Virus record (IMG/VR): IMGVR_UViG_3300044513_003620
Location: 1-37,819 of that record
Reading direction: 5' to 3' (one strand)
Length of the DNA stretch: 37,819 nucleotides
Source: a virus
Taxonomy: Duplodnaviria > Caudoviricetes
Below the pieces are notes generated by a model that saw only the letters and a program-made list of their open reading frames with translations, searched no databases and was not told the origin of the DNA. Below are positions 24,819-34,228 of the stretch, piece by piece. The position numbers were made by a program, and so were the translations under genes. The stretch's first letter is position 1, and each line of letters starts with the position of its first letter.

Positions 24819-26437
24819 TTGGAATTATACTTATTTTTTGCAATTGATTTAAAATAGTGATCTAGTTCTAATGCTCTATTTGACCAGGTCTGTTCTGTTG
24901 CCCATTCATAGGCTTTATCTAATAAGGCATTTCGATTTTCTTGGTTTTCATATACGGAGAAGAATGCGTCAAGAGCTTCTTTTTTGTATTCATCAGACTC
25001 ATATCCAGACGAAGGAATATCAAAAAGTACTCCCCGGTCATCAACAGTGTTAGTGAGAGCTGCGAGTCTAGTGCATACGCACGTAACTCTGCTATATTGC
25101 ATCTCAAGAGCAGTAATACAATACGTTTCTGAAAAATTAGTTGGGTAAAACCAATACTCAGTTTCTTGGATTCGATCTAACAGGACGCTTTGTGGAACAC
25201 CGCCATGGTGAGTGACGCCGTCTAGCTTTTTACAGCGTGATATTACTTCTCCCTCTCCCTGAGTATTATATGTATACACATTTAACGTAGCATCAGGTAT
25301 CCTTTGCTTGATTTCTGGCCACATATCAAGTAACCTTCCAAGTCCTCTAACTGCTCTAGATACCCATATAAACGAATTTTTAATCTTATTAGAAGAAGAT
25401 TCATTGAATGATTCTGGATTAATTGCATTTCCCCAGACATATATTTTTCCTCTAGTATATGGGAATACTGCCTCGTAGTTTCTACGGTGCCAGTCAGTTA
25501 AACATATTATTCCATCAAACTTTCCAGATTTTACATGATTTAAGTGGATTATATCAGAATATTTAGATTGAGTTTCCCAAGTCTGTGGAGCGCTTTTATT
25601 TATTCCCCAAGGAAGATGAACTAGATCATGCAATAGAAGATGTAGCTGATCTGAGTTAAAACTATATTGAGATACAAAATGTAAATATCTTGATACTATT
25701 ATTACATCAAGTTTATTTCGATCTAAATATTCCTGTAGCTGATCACCTGACTGCAGGTATCTCACTCCGTCTTCTCCAACTCCGTTTTTAACATAGCCTG
25801 ATACAACTACGTCATACCCGATTTTGACAAGCTCTTTAGATACTCTGACTGTTGCTAATTCAGATCCACCAATGGCAGATTCATATATTGATCCACTATT
25901 CCAAGGCCTCGATGAGTATCCTGTATATATCAATATTTTCTTTCTGGTAGCTTTAGGTTTAAGGACTACTACCGTGTGTGACGATCTGCCATCGTTAAAT
26001 CCATCAACGACATCAAAATCCTCAAGTAGTCGATGATACCTTAATCTATTCCAGAAATCGTATACTATAATTACTCCATCTTCTGATAGATGCTTAACTG
26101 CCTCTTTTGCACAATTTAGCCTATCCCTGCCGTGAATTATTATAGAGTCATACTTATCTTGAGAACTATTAATTGAATTAACGTAGTCAATAAATTGTCC
26201 AGACAGAGCGGGTTCAAACTTAGAATACTTAAAATTTGGCTCCTTTAAAATTATATCAATGTTGTTCGATGAGTTCCTAATATCATCAAACAACTCTTTA
26301 TCATATGTTACACATTTCCAAGATTTACTAAATCGGGAGTAGTGCTTACTAATTTCACTGCCTCCCCATTCAAATACATTCCCGCTGGTGTATTTTAAGT
26401 ATATGATATCTTCTATTCCAGATATAGGACTACTCAT
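24806..26437 (-). CDS. Fusion of a class I methyltransferase-like domain and a GT-B (GT4-like) glycosyltransferase
   Basis: N-terminus has VFEWGGS and YDSIIIHGRDR...L..DGVI. C-terminus has IGGSE, SRAVRGL and ETYCITALE (Ex7E). Confidence 0.8.
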   Translation of the reverse strand: MSSPISGIEDIIYLKYTSGNVFEWGGSEISKHYSRFSKSWKCVTYDKELFDDIRNSSNNIDIILKEPNFKYSKFEPALSGQFIDYVNSINSSQDKYDSIIIHGRDRLNCAKEAVKHLSEDGVIIVYDFWNRLRYHRLLEDFDVVDGFNDGRSSHTVVVLKPKATRKKILIYTGYSSRPWNSGSIYESAIGGSELATVRVSKELVKIGYDVVVSGYVKNGVGEDGVRYLQSGDQLQEYLDRNKLDVIIVSRYLHFVSQYSFNSDQLHLLLHDLVHLPWGINKSAPQTWETQSKYSDIIHLNHVKSGKFDGIICLTDWHRRNYEAVFPYTRGKIYVWGNAINPESFNESSSNKIKNSFIWVSRAVRGLGRLLDMWPEIKQRIPDATLNVYTYNTQGEGEVISRCKKLDGVTHHGGVPQSVLLDRIQETEYWFYPTNFSETYCITALEMQYSRVTCVCTRLAALTNTVDDRGVLFDIPSSGYESDEYKKEALDAFFSVYENQENRNALLDKAYEWATEQTWSNRALELDHYFKSIAKNKYNSKWKD

Positions 26438-28304
26438 TTTCTAAAAGTTTATCTTTTCTAGGTTGAGAATCGGATCCAAACCATGCCTCTAGAGAATCTT
26501 TGGATTCCTTGTCAAGTTTTAGTTGAACTGTCTTAGGGTTTTTTATAATCTCTTCATACTCATCGTCCTCAAGGGCAGCTAAACCTTTTTTATATTCAAT
26601 GTTCCATTGAGAAGGTTTAACACTTGCCTTATTAAGCCATTTTTCAAATTCTTGATTTGTATAGAAGTTGTTTATTGTCTTACCTCTTTTTACAACAACT
26701 AGAGGCGTCATCACCTTGTATATTACACCCATGTCAAATAGCTCCGGCCAATACTTAGCAAAGAAGTTAATTAACTGGGCAGCGATAGAATTTCCATCAG
26801 GATCAGCATCGGTGTATATATAAACTTTACCATATCTAAGATCATCTGGAGACTCTCCTAACTTTAATCCAATCGAACCCATGAGTCCGACAACTTCAGA
26901 ATTCTTTATTACTTTGGAATTTGGAAGCTCATGGACATTTATGAATTTACCCTTAAGAGGATATGCTCCCATGATTTGAGTATCTCTGAATTTTCTAACA
27001 GCGGAAAGCGCGGACATTCCTTCGTATATACCAAGAATGCATTTGCCTCGATCTGTTTTCTTTTGGGCGTCTATTAATTTATCTACTCTTCCTCGAGCGA
27101 GATCTCGGTTGAGCTTTCGAAGCTCTGCTCGCTCCTCAGCAAGCTGTTTCTTTTCAACCCAATCTAGTACTGATTGAATTATTTCAGACTTAAATATCTG
27201 TCTTGCTATTTTCTCAGTTACGTCATGTTTAGTCTTAAACTTACTCGGTTCAGTGATAAGTTTTTCCTTGGTTTGAGAAGAGAAGGCAGGATTTACTATC
27301 ATGCAATCGATGAAGATATACAAGTGATTTCTTATCTCATTCGGCTTTACATCAACTCTGTGCTTCTTCTTTATCATTTCTCTTAGGTGAGAAATTAACT
27401 GATTCGTTACATAGTCAACGTGAGTGCCACCGTCCTTTGTGTGAACTGAATTGACAAAGCTGACATTTGTAAATCCGTCCACTGATTTAGCAAAGCCTAT
27501 TCTCCAATCCTTTGACTCTTCATAGAAATACTCACTGTCTTCTACGTAAAGCTTGATGTATTCTTCAAATCTTCTAAATTTGATCTCATTATTGACTGTT
27601 TTTCCGTCTTTTATTGTAATAACCTTGATCTTCAACTTTGGATTACAAGCAGCAGCATCAAGACATCTTTTATACAGTATTTTGTAACTATTTTCATCAA
27701 TAACCTTCATTTGGAATCTTGGAAGATCAGTTACATAGGATATTTCAGTGAATCCACGAGAACCTTTGCCGATTTTAGGTCTGGTTCTTTTAGCCATATT
27801 ATCGGTAAACGTCTGCTCAAATTTATTAGTACCGTCGCATGTTTTAACAACAAACTCAGTTGAAAATATATTAGTTAGAGTTGCACCAACTCCATTTGTC
27901 CCTGCGGTATTTCGATCCTTTGAATCATCAAAACTACTACCAGCTTTAAGATTTGAGAATATCATTTCCGGAACCCATTCTTTGTGAGTTGGATGTTTCT
28001 TAACGGGAATACCTCCGTTATCCCATACCTTTATTTCTCCAGAATCCAAGTTAAATGTTACTCTGATCTCATTTAAATTAGAATTCTTTCTATGCTCATC
28101 AACTGAATTAGATAAGATCTCATCAAATATCTTTAGGAAGGCAGGATTGTATACAACTGATTCTAATGTGACCTTCTCTCCATCAAATAGGTGATGCTCT
28201 CCACTATGAGGTTCAGTTGATCCTACATACATATAAGGTCGATGTAGAACATGTTCCCTATCAGTTAATTTTTGATATTTCTCTTCAATCTTACTTTTTG
28301 CCAT
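26430..28304 (-). CDS. gp39: Type IIA DNA topoisomerase ATPase/TOPRIM subunit (gp39+gp60 in one chain)
   Basis: HVLHRPYMYVGS, EILSNSVD, DNGG, GTNGVGA, GGTH, EGMSA, PLKGK, DADPDG and KGL. Probable start is ATG 28304 (MAKSK). Confidence 0.95.
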   Translation of the reverse strand: MAKSKIEEKYQKLTDREHVLHRPYMYVGSTEPHSGEHHLFDGEKVTLESVVYNPAFLKIFDEILSNSVDEHRKNSNLNEIRVTFNLDSGEIKVWDNGGIPVKKHPTHKEWVPEMIFSNLKAGSSFDDSKDRNTAGTNGVGATLTNIFSTEFVVKTCDGTNKFEQTFTDNMAKRTRPKIGKGSRGFTEISYVTDLPRFQMKVIDENSYKILYKRCLDAAACNPKLKIKVITIKDGKTVNNEIKFRRFEEYIKLYVEDSEYFYEESKDWRIGFAKSVDGFTNVSFVNSVHTKDGGTHVDYVTNQLISHLREMIKKKHRVDVKPNEIRNHLYIFIDCMIVNPAFSSQTKEKLITEPSKFKTKHDVTEKIARQIFKSEIIQSVLDWVEKKQLAEERAELRKLNRDLARGRVDKLIDAQKKTDRGKCILGIYEGMSALSAVRKFRDTQIMGAYPLKGKFINVHELPNSKVIKNSEVVGLMGSIGLKLGESPDDLRYGKVYIYTDADPDGNSIAAQLINFFAKYWPELFDMGVIYKVMTPLVVVKRGKTINNFYTNQEFEKWLNKASVKPSQWNIEYKKGLAALEDDEYEEIIKNPKTVQLKLDKESKDSLEAWFGSDSQPRKDKLLENE

Positions 28305-28581
28305 CGTGCTTCTTTTTTTCTCCTTTGATACCAATATATGTTCCAACGGATCCTCCGATCAAATATGCTATAATCGGTATAACTTCTCCGTTTATCATCG
28401 AATTTGCTCCGATAGATATGGAAACCAGCCATGCTAGTCCTATTCCATTTCCTGTTATAATTGCTGGAACTATTCTTCGTTCTGCTGTGTATATAACATT
28501 GATTGTCCTCAGGTAAATGAACACAAATTGAGTAAATAATATGATGACTGTGCTTAAATATTGGTCTTCAAATATTCTCAT
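28291..28581 (-). CDS. Small membrane protein (DUF5698/DUF2179-like)
   Basis: Three hydrophobic segments and AYLIGGSVGTYIG. Confidence 0.7.
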   Translation of the reverse strand: MRIFEDQYLSTVIILFTQFVFIYLRTINVIYTAERRIVPAIITGNGIGLAWLVSISIGANSMINGEVIPIIAYLIGGSVGTYIGIKGEKKKHDGKK

Positions 28582-28621
28582 ATGCTAATAATATACTGTT
28601 GTTTTTTAATAGGATTCAAAT

Positions 28622-30205
28622 TCACTTTATTTTTTTTATCTTTAAGGCTTCCTTGAAATAATCTGGAATTCCATTTCTAATTATTTGATCAAAGCATTCG
28701 TCTAGAATATAAGTCTCGGCCCAATCATGTTTACTTCTAATTGATCTACCATATGATTGAAGTATATCAACTAAGGTTTTCCAATTATACCAGTCCGGAT
28801 TAGTTTCAAGTCTCTTCTTTACTTTGCTGCTCATTAGGTTTGGAAAAGGAACTTTCAGTATTATTTGAAATCTAGAAAGTTCATCCTTGAGATCTACTCC
28901 ATTTATCATTGATGGAGAAACTAGTACGGTTTCTAATTCAGATTTCAGGTGATGCCGTAGCATTTGTTCCCTAGTTGATGAATCATGAACAAGAAGCCTT
29001 TCGCTTTCTATTGACTTCAAGATCCACTTGCTAAATCCGTAATTTCCACTGTGTATTATTCCTTTGTGTTCAGCATTTTTATTTAATATTCTTTCGATCA
29101 CAGGGACTGCGGTCTTAAAAGTCTCAGCCTTTTCATAGTACGACATTTTACCGAATTTGGCGTAGATCACAGGTCGATTCTCCTTTGGAAAAGGACACGG
29201 TAGGGCTAAATAGTCTCTAGATTCTTCTTCAATACCTAACATTTTACTCATCATCTCTGGATCTAGTATTGTCCCAGACATAAGAATTACGTGGTCGTAT
29301 CTATTCCAAAAAATGTCCTTTAGATATTGACTTGCCCAAATTGGTTCAACTGATATTTTTGCCTCTCCATTATGATCTAAATCTTTTTCGAATATCCAAT
29401 TATTCTTGTAGTTTTTACGATCATTTATAAATCTATGATATTTACACATTGATTTATCGCAAACGTCGGCTTTCTTTGCAAGCTCCGATCTTTTTTTCTT
29501 GGATCTAGTTTCACCAGCTTCATCTAGGAGTTTAACCACTTCATTTGATACTTTAGGAATTATGACTGTTTTTACGTAATCAGAAAGCTGAGATATATTA
29601 GATATTTCATCTAGATCTTGCGCCATATAATCCTCCCATATGCCAAGATTGTTTAAAGATCTCTGTGAAAAAACTGAGGATATGAAATCACAAAAAGTTT
29701 CTTCAAAAGAATGAGCTTCATCAACAATTAGCAACCTGGCACCTCGATCCTGCAGAATCTCAGGGCTATACATTGAGTATGCGGTAATTAGATGAAAGTT
29801 AGTCAGACCAACTCGATTATTTAGAAAGGAGGCCTGGGCAATTGAGTGCGGACACGACTTGCATCGTTTTCCTTTTACTTTATTTAGAGCCTTGGATTCT
29901 CCACATGGCATGTAATTTGATTTACACCAATATGAATTGCTTCCTTTAACTGAAGATATGAATTCAAAATCCTTAGTGTACTGATCTTGTAAAATTTTAC
30001 TGTTAGTTATAACATCGATCTTAGCGTCTGGATTTATCTCCCTAATGTACCAGTCAGATATCATCATAGCTGCATAGGATTTTCCAACGCCCGTTGGAGC
30101 ATCGATCAACATAAACTTTTTATCTGATTCAATTGATTTCTTTACGAAATCAAGCATCTCAATCTGCTGAGGTCTAGGGTCGTATCTTAGTTTTATTCTC
30201 TTCAA
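28622..30205 (-). CDS. DinG/XPD-family SF2 helicase
   Basis: Q-motif PRPQQ, APTGVGKS, a Cys cluster, DEAH, MSGT, GVDL and QSYGRSIRS. Confidence 0.9.
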   Translation of the reverse strand: MKRIKLRYDPRPQQIEMLDFVKKSIESDKKFMLIDAPTGVGKSYAAMMISDWYIREINPDAKIDVITNSKILQDQYTKDFEFISSVKGSNSYWCKSNYMPCGESKALNKVKGKRCKSCPHSIAQASFLNNRVGLTNFHLITAYSMYSPEILQDRGARLLIVDEAHSFEETFCDFISSVFSQRSLNNLGIWEDYMAQDLDEISNISQLSDYVKTVIIPKVSNEVVKLLDEAGETRSKKKRSELAKKADVCDKSMCKYHRFINDRKNYKNNWIFEKDLDHNGEAKISVEPIWASQYLKDIFWNRYDHVILMSGTILDPEMMSKMLGIEEESRDYLALPCPFPKENRPVIYAKFGKMSYYEKAETFKTAVPVIERILNKNAEHKGIIHSGNYGFSKWILKSIESERLLVHDSSTREQMLRHHLKSELETVLVSPSMINGVDLKDELSRFQIILKVPFPNLMSSKVKKRLETNPDWYNWKTLVDILQSYGRSIRSKHDWAETYILDECFDQIIRNGIPDYFKEALKIKKIK

Positions 30206-30903
30206 AGCTTCTTAAGTAGTTGGTGAGTATCTTCAGGGTTATTTACCGGGAATAGTCTATCGCTTTCATACAGAGCATCCGCTAGAGGTCTATCGTTTCC
30301 TCCCGGTCCTGTTTTATCACCAAAAAACCATATTGGACCTTGAATTAAATCCCTCACTTGAGATTTATTAGCCCCTCTTGGGTGAATATCTATGCTTATT
30401 TGTCCTCCAACTGAGGCTTCTAAGTCTGGAAAAGATTCCTCTATTAGTTTTGCAAATTTTAATCTTTCTCTAGAATCATTATCCCACTCATTATAAGATT
30501 CTCTCTGATCTTGATTGCAGTTTCTTCCAACTGGAGAAAAATTTAAGAGTCCTACTCTAGATTCAATATGATTGGATGTTTTTTCTGGACATTGGCTTAA
30601 TTTTAACAGTTGATTAAGATAATCTATTAGTTCCGAGCTAGGAACCCATGGATTTTCAAATTCAATGATTCCGTTCTTATAGATTTGATTTCCACATGAT
30701 TGAAATGCTTTAGTTACTCCCTTCCAGATTTTTTCGCCTACCTGTTCTTTGGTCTTATCAGCATCGCTTCCAGTGACTAGGTATACCTTTTTATCTTTCA
30801 TCCAGTTTAGAAAGAATTCTTCAAATTCTGGTTTTATCCTAAGTCGACTAGGAGTAAGTGTTCCGTCGACATCAAAAACCCAATTGATATTTAAATTATT
30901 CAT
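30202..30903 (-). CDS. Eukaryote-type (HAD-IIB) phosphomannomutase
   Basis: FDVDGTLTPSR, VTGSD, IESRVGLLNFSPVGR, GGQISID and FFGDKT.PGGND, as in PMM2/Sec53. Confidence 0.9.
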   Translation of the reverse strand: MNNLNINWVFDVDGTLTPSRLRIKPEFEEFFLNWMKDKKVYLVTGSDADKTKEQVGEKIWKGVTKAFQSCGNQIYKNGIIEFENPWVPSSELIDYLNQLLKLSQCPEKTSNHIESRVGLLNFSPVGRNCNQDQRESYNEWDNDSRERLKFAKLIEESFPDLEASVGGQISIDIHPRGANKSQVRDLIQGPIWFFGDKTGPGGNDRPLADALYESDRLFPVNNPEDTHQLLKKL

Positions 30904-30931
30904 ATATAGTAAATTCGTAAGTAATTCAATT

Positions 30932-30954
30932 AAAAAGGGCCTAATTGAGGCCCT
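30932..30954 (-). terminator. Hairpin with U-tract between the nei-like and PMM genes
   Basis: Minus strand reads AGGGCCT-CAATT-AGGCCCT-TTTT. Confidence 0.7.
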
Positions 30955-30960
30955 CTTTAT

Positions 30961-30989
30961 ATTTTACTGAAAAAGTGAGTACTGGTTTA
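30961..30989 (-). promoter_or_regulatory. Putative early/middle promoter TAAACC-N16-GTAAAAT
   Basis: Matches the recurring motif with exact spacing. Confidence 0.6.
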
Positions 30990-31775
30990 TGTTAAGTATT
31001 CGTCACTATACCATAGGGTACGACCAGTTTTATCAATTGTGCTCTTCTTTTTTCCATAACACTGCATCCACTGGTCCATCGTGATCTTTTGATCTCCATA
31101 TGGATTCTTCCAATCCTTAATCGAGCCTCCACCGATTTTATATGCTTCTAGTGGAACCATTCGACATAGAGCAAGCATCTTTCCGTCTTTAATTGCGTCA
31201 TGTGCAGATTTCCAAGGATCCATCTTTGCTCTATACAGAATCTCAGCTCTTAGGTAATTTCCAATACCATTAAAATACTTTTGATCCATTAGCATTTCAC
31301 ATATTGGTTTTTTGAATACCTTCTTATGTCTATTTGAAACGAGATTTTTTACAAATTCGTCGTGTTCAAACACTGGATCTGGGCCCCTATTTTGAGACCA
31401 GTCTTCAACCCAGCTCCATTTAGCAAAACGTCTAACGTCTACTAGACACATTATACTACCATCAAATGCCTCAAACATTAGATGGGAATGATCTGGGATC
31501 TGAGTAGCATGGCTAACACTTCTCCAATGTCCACTCATTCCAAACGTTACTTTAAGCTTCCTGATTTCACCAGATTTAACCCCAGTCAGATATACTATAG
31601 ATTCTTTACCTCTAGATTTGGCGCTAACTGTGAATCCCTCAACATCCGTGGGAGTGAGGGATAGATCAGTAGACACTTTACTTTCTGGAGATTTATGAAC
31701 TGCTCTAAATCTTTTAGATTCGGCTTTAGAGTTAAAAAACTCTGTCATTAATTTAACTTCTGCTAATTCAGGCAT
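30987..31775 (-). CDS. Fpg/Nei-family DNA glycosylase, NEIL1-like (zincless finger)
   Basis: N-terminal PELAEV, RGKE, FGMSG, DVRRF and H2TH DQKYFNGIGNYLRAE. The C-terminus has W.QCYG...DKTGRTLWY with no 4-Cys finger. Confidence 0.9.
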   Translation of the reverse strand: MPELAEVKLMTEFFNSKAESKRFRAVHKSPESKVSTDLSLTPTDVEGFTVSAKSRGKESIVYLTGVKSGEIRKLKVTFGMSGHWRSVSHATQIPDHSHLMFEAFDGSIMCLVDVRRFAKWSWVEDWSQNRGPDPVFEHDEFVKNLVSNRHKKVFKKPICEMLMDQKYFNGIGNYLRAEILYRAKMDPWKSAHDAIKDGKMLALCRMVPLEAYKIGGGSIKDWKNPYGDQKITMDQWMQCYGKKKSTIDKTGRTLWYSDEYLT

Positions 31776-32214
31776 CTGTATCCGGTATTGATATATTATT
31801 CTTCTTACGATATTCTAGTTCTTGAATGTAATATTTCAAGTGTGGATGATCCTGAGGAACAAAGTCAATTGCCCCTTCAACCCAACCATCACTCATATTT
31901 TCTAGACTCGCTTCTCGATATTCTCCAGTTCCGTCCTTTCCATATCCACTTCGACCAATCTTTTGACGAATCTGCTCAAATGTAAATAGTTCGTCAAGCT
32001 CTACGATACTCACTTCAGTCCAGGCGGCAATATGACATACTTCTCCAAAACTAAGGGTCTCTGGATCAACTTTTATACAGAAGGAATACATCCCATCGAT
32101 ATGATCGAAGAATATGAGTTCTTCATTCTTGACGTCAGGTGCAGCCGGAGGGACTCTTACTTCCTCGTCTGATATTCTAACATATGAATTTCTAGGTACA
32201 TCGTGTAATTTCAT
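31768..32214 (-). CDS. Hypothetical protein (possibly two small domains)
   Basis: 148-aa ORF heading the minus-strand operon and overlapping the nei-like gene. Confidence 0.7.
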   Translation of the reverse strand: MKLHDVPRNSYVRISDEEVRVPPAAPDVKNEELIFFDHIDGMYSFCIKVDPETLSFGEVCHIAAWTEVSIVELDELFTFEQIRQKIGRSGYGKDGTGEYREASLENMSDGWVEGAIDFVPQDHPHLKYYIQELEYRKKNNISIPDTDA

Positions 32215-32273
32215 GTTAATTCAATTGATTATCTACTCTATTAAAAATACTAAAAAAAGTAGCCAAAGTAAAG

Positions 32274-32280
32274 ATAAATA
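32274..32280 (+). promoter_or_regulatory. Late promoter (G)ATAAATA
   Basis: ATAAATAATAAAAAATCTAATT upstream of ATG 32299; same extended context as 347 and 17456. Confidence 0.7.
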
Positions 32281-32298
32281 ATAAAAAATCTAATTCAG

Positions 32299-32529
32299 AT
32301 GAAGAACCCTGTGATGAACTACAATCAGTTTATGTCAGTATTTAAAAATGCTAGCAAAGGCTATAGCGGAAAAGGTAATGTTGCAAATAAAGACGCTAAG
32401 ACTGGATCTAAAGTAAGCCAAGACTTAGCTGCTGATCCTATTAAAGGAAAAGGAACTCCTCACATTGATCGTTTTACTAAGCAACACTTAAGTAACGTTA
32501 AAAAGAAGAGCGCTGCTAAAGGAAAATAA
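32299..32529 (+). CDS. Small basic protein, candidate internal head protein
   Basis: Late promoter, Lys-rich sequence and N-terminal VMNYNQFM. Confidence 0.65.
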   Translation: MKNPVMNYNQFMSVFKNASKGYSGKGNVANKDAKTGSKVSQDLAADPIKGKGTPHIDRFTKQHLSNVKKKSAAKGK

Positions 32530-32540
32530 TTAGATTCCCT

Positions 32541-32807
32541 ATGTCAAGAGCAATCGAAAGTTTCAAGGATTTTGCTCTTCTTGAAAAGAAGGGCGATCTT
32601 AAGAAGCTCGTTGGAAAGAAGCCTTCCGAAGAGCTAACCGTTAATGATGCAAAGAAGATTGGATCAAAGGTTGCCAGAATGGATGGAGAGAAGAAGCAAA
32701 AATTTGTTGGAATCATAAACTTTCTTGGAGCATCTTGCAATATTTACAACGAACTTTGGAAGAATTACACTAGAACTCGAGATAATCTAGAAAAGAAAAA
32801 AGATTGA
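32541..32807 (+). CDS. Small basic protein, candidate internal head protein
   Basis: The N-terminus IESFKDFALLE resembles a T4 capsid-targeting sequence ending in an LxE cleavage site. Confidence 0.65.
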   Translation: MSRAIESFKDFALLEKKGDLKKLVGKKPSEELTVNDAKKIGSKVARMDGEKKQKFVGIINFLGASCNIYNELWKNYTRTRDNLEKKKD

Positions 32808-32816
32808 TATCGCCGA

Positions 32817-33623
32817 ATGTATAATGAGATATATGAAGGATATTTCGAGGAAACTAGTGCAAAGGATGGAGGAGTAATCTTCCAAGCCGTATTAAGTCAT
32901 GATATCTCATGGAAGATAAAGGACGGTAATACCGTATTCGACCAAAACAACATAAAGACCAGATTACACACAGTAGAGGTTTTTCCTGACTTGAATTACA
33001 AGAGTGGAGAAGCCTCTTCTGTTTATTATATACTTTCAGAAGTAAATATACTTAAGAGAAAATTTGATCTAGCGTCTAAGGCGATCAAGAGAATACTTAG
33101 TCCTGAGTATTCAGCAGAGCTTAATGATAATTCTAGTAACGAAAACGAAGTAACTCACAAGTATTTTGATGGAACTGAATTTGATATTAGTTTTACGACC
33201 GATCATGTCGTACTAAGAGAAGTATCATCATCCGGAATAGATTCTGGGTCTCCGTCGATTGTTATGAAAATATCAACAGGTCTAGTAGATCAAATGGATG
33301 GTAAACCAGTTAAAAGCTGGGAATCATTCAATGTCAACGTTAATGGAAATGGCGTAAATCAAGATCTAAACATGAGTTCTAATCCTACAATATCGAAGAT
33401 TATGGAATACGATCAGATAGAAAATAAATGGGATCAAATTTTCCAGACTATAATTCCTTCTGTATCGATATCGTTTAGTGGAGATAGGGTAGATGTTGAA
33501 ACATTCTCAAGAAGATCTAATAATCTCTCAAGTCACGTTACGGCTAATATAGAAAACATATTTTCTAGAGGTGAAGAATTAGATTCTGATGAAAGTTTAG
33601 ACAACGAGCAAATAAATAATTAA
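32817..33623 (+). CDS. Hypothetical late/structural protein
   Basis: 268-aa ORF in a late operon upstream of the tail tube gene. Confidence 0.65.
   Translation: MYNEIYEGYFEETSAKDGGVIFQAVLSHDISWKIKDGNTVFDQNNIKTRLHTVEVFPDLNYKSGEASSVYYILSEVNILKRKFDLASKAIKRILSPEYSAELNDNSSNENEVTHKYFDGTEFDISFTTDHVVLREVSSSGIDSGSPSIVMKISTGLVDQMDGKPVKSWESFNVNVNGNGVNQDLNMSSNPTISKIMEYDQIENKWDQIFQTIIPSVSISFSGDRVDVETFSRRSNNLSSHVTANIENIFSRGEELDSDESLDNEQINN
33612..33618 (+). promoter_or_regulatory. Late promoter (A)ATAAATA for the tail tube gene
   Basis: ATAAATAATTAAAATAATCTAATT before ATG 33639; shares AATCTAATT with the 32274 site. Confidence 0.65.
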
Positions 33624-33638
33624 AATAATCTAATTAAA

Positions 33639-34211
33639 ATGGCAGGATTACCACATTGGGATAATTCACAAGCAGCAACAGGATATTATGAGCCGGTTTT
33701 CTTAAACCAGTTCGAGCTTATTATTACTCCACCTGCTGCTATCACAGAAAATGTAGACTTACTCGTAGAGCAAGTTCTTAAAGTTTCAGGACTTCCTGAG
33801 TTCTTAACAAGCGGAACCACTACTCAATCATATAAGTTTGCTAAAAGGGCGTATGCTAAGGCAACTCCTAACAATACTTTAGTAGACAACTTAAAGGTTA
33901 CCTTTGAAGTCAACTTAAATGATGAGAATAATATGTATGTCTATAATACATTAAGAGGTTGGGGAGATCTTATATATGATCCTTTAACTGGTAGACAAGG
34001 TCTTAAGAGAGACTATGTTGGAGAGATCTATTTAGGAATCTTCAATAAAGCTGGTGATATTTTCAGAGAATATAGATTCTCTCCAGCTTTCTTGAAAGAG
34101 CCACTACCTGCTATGAATTTAGATTACACTGGAGATGGTATTTACCAAATCGATGCTACCTTCACTGCTGATACTTACAGAGAAACCAGAGTTGGACAAA
34201 TAGAAGTTTAA
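33639..34211 (+). CDS. gp19: Tail tube protein (T4 gp19-like)
   Basis: 190 aa with EPVFLNQFEL, VSGLP, VTFEVN, LRGW.DL.YDP.TG, MNLDY and ATF..D, a typical tube layout. Confidence 0.75.
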   Translation: MAGLPHWDNSQAATGYYEPVFLNQFELIITPPAAITENVDLLVEQVLKVSGLPEFLTSGTTTQSYKFAKRAYAKATPNNTLVDNLKVTFEVNLNDENNMYVYNTLRGWGDLIYDPLTGRQGLKRDYVGEIYLGIFNKAGDIFREYRFSPAFLKEPLPAMNLDYTGDGIYQIDATFTADTYRETRVGQIEV

Positions 34212-34228
34212 AATAATCTTTAGAAGAA

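Noticed and set aside
26430-28346. T4-like split of gene 39/60 with ribosomal bypass, and the longer 28346 start
   Set aside because: The ORF is continuous through the TOPRIM motifs; the extra 14 codons overlap the upstream membrane gene.
28590-28618. Weaker promoter-like matches (TGAATC-N16-GTATATT here; TTTACT-N16-GTATTTT near 32244-32272; GTATATT near 21608-21614)
   Set aside because: The upstream box deviates too much from AAAC to call confidently in AT-rich DNA.
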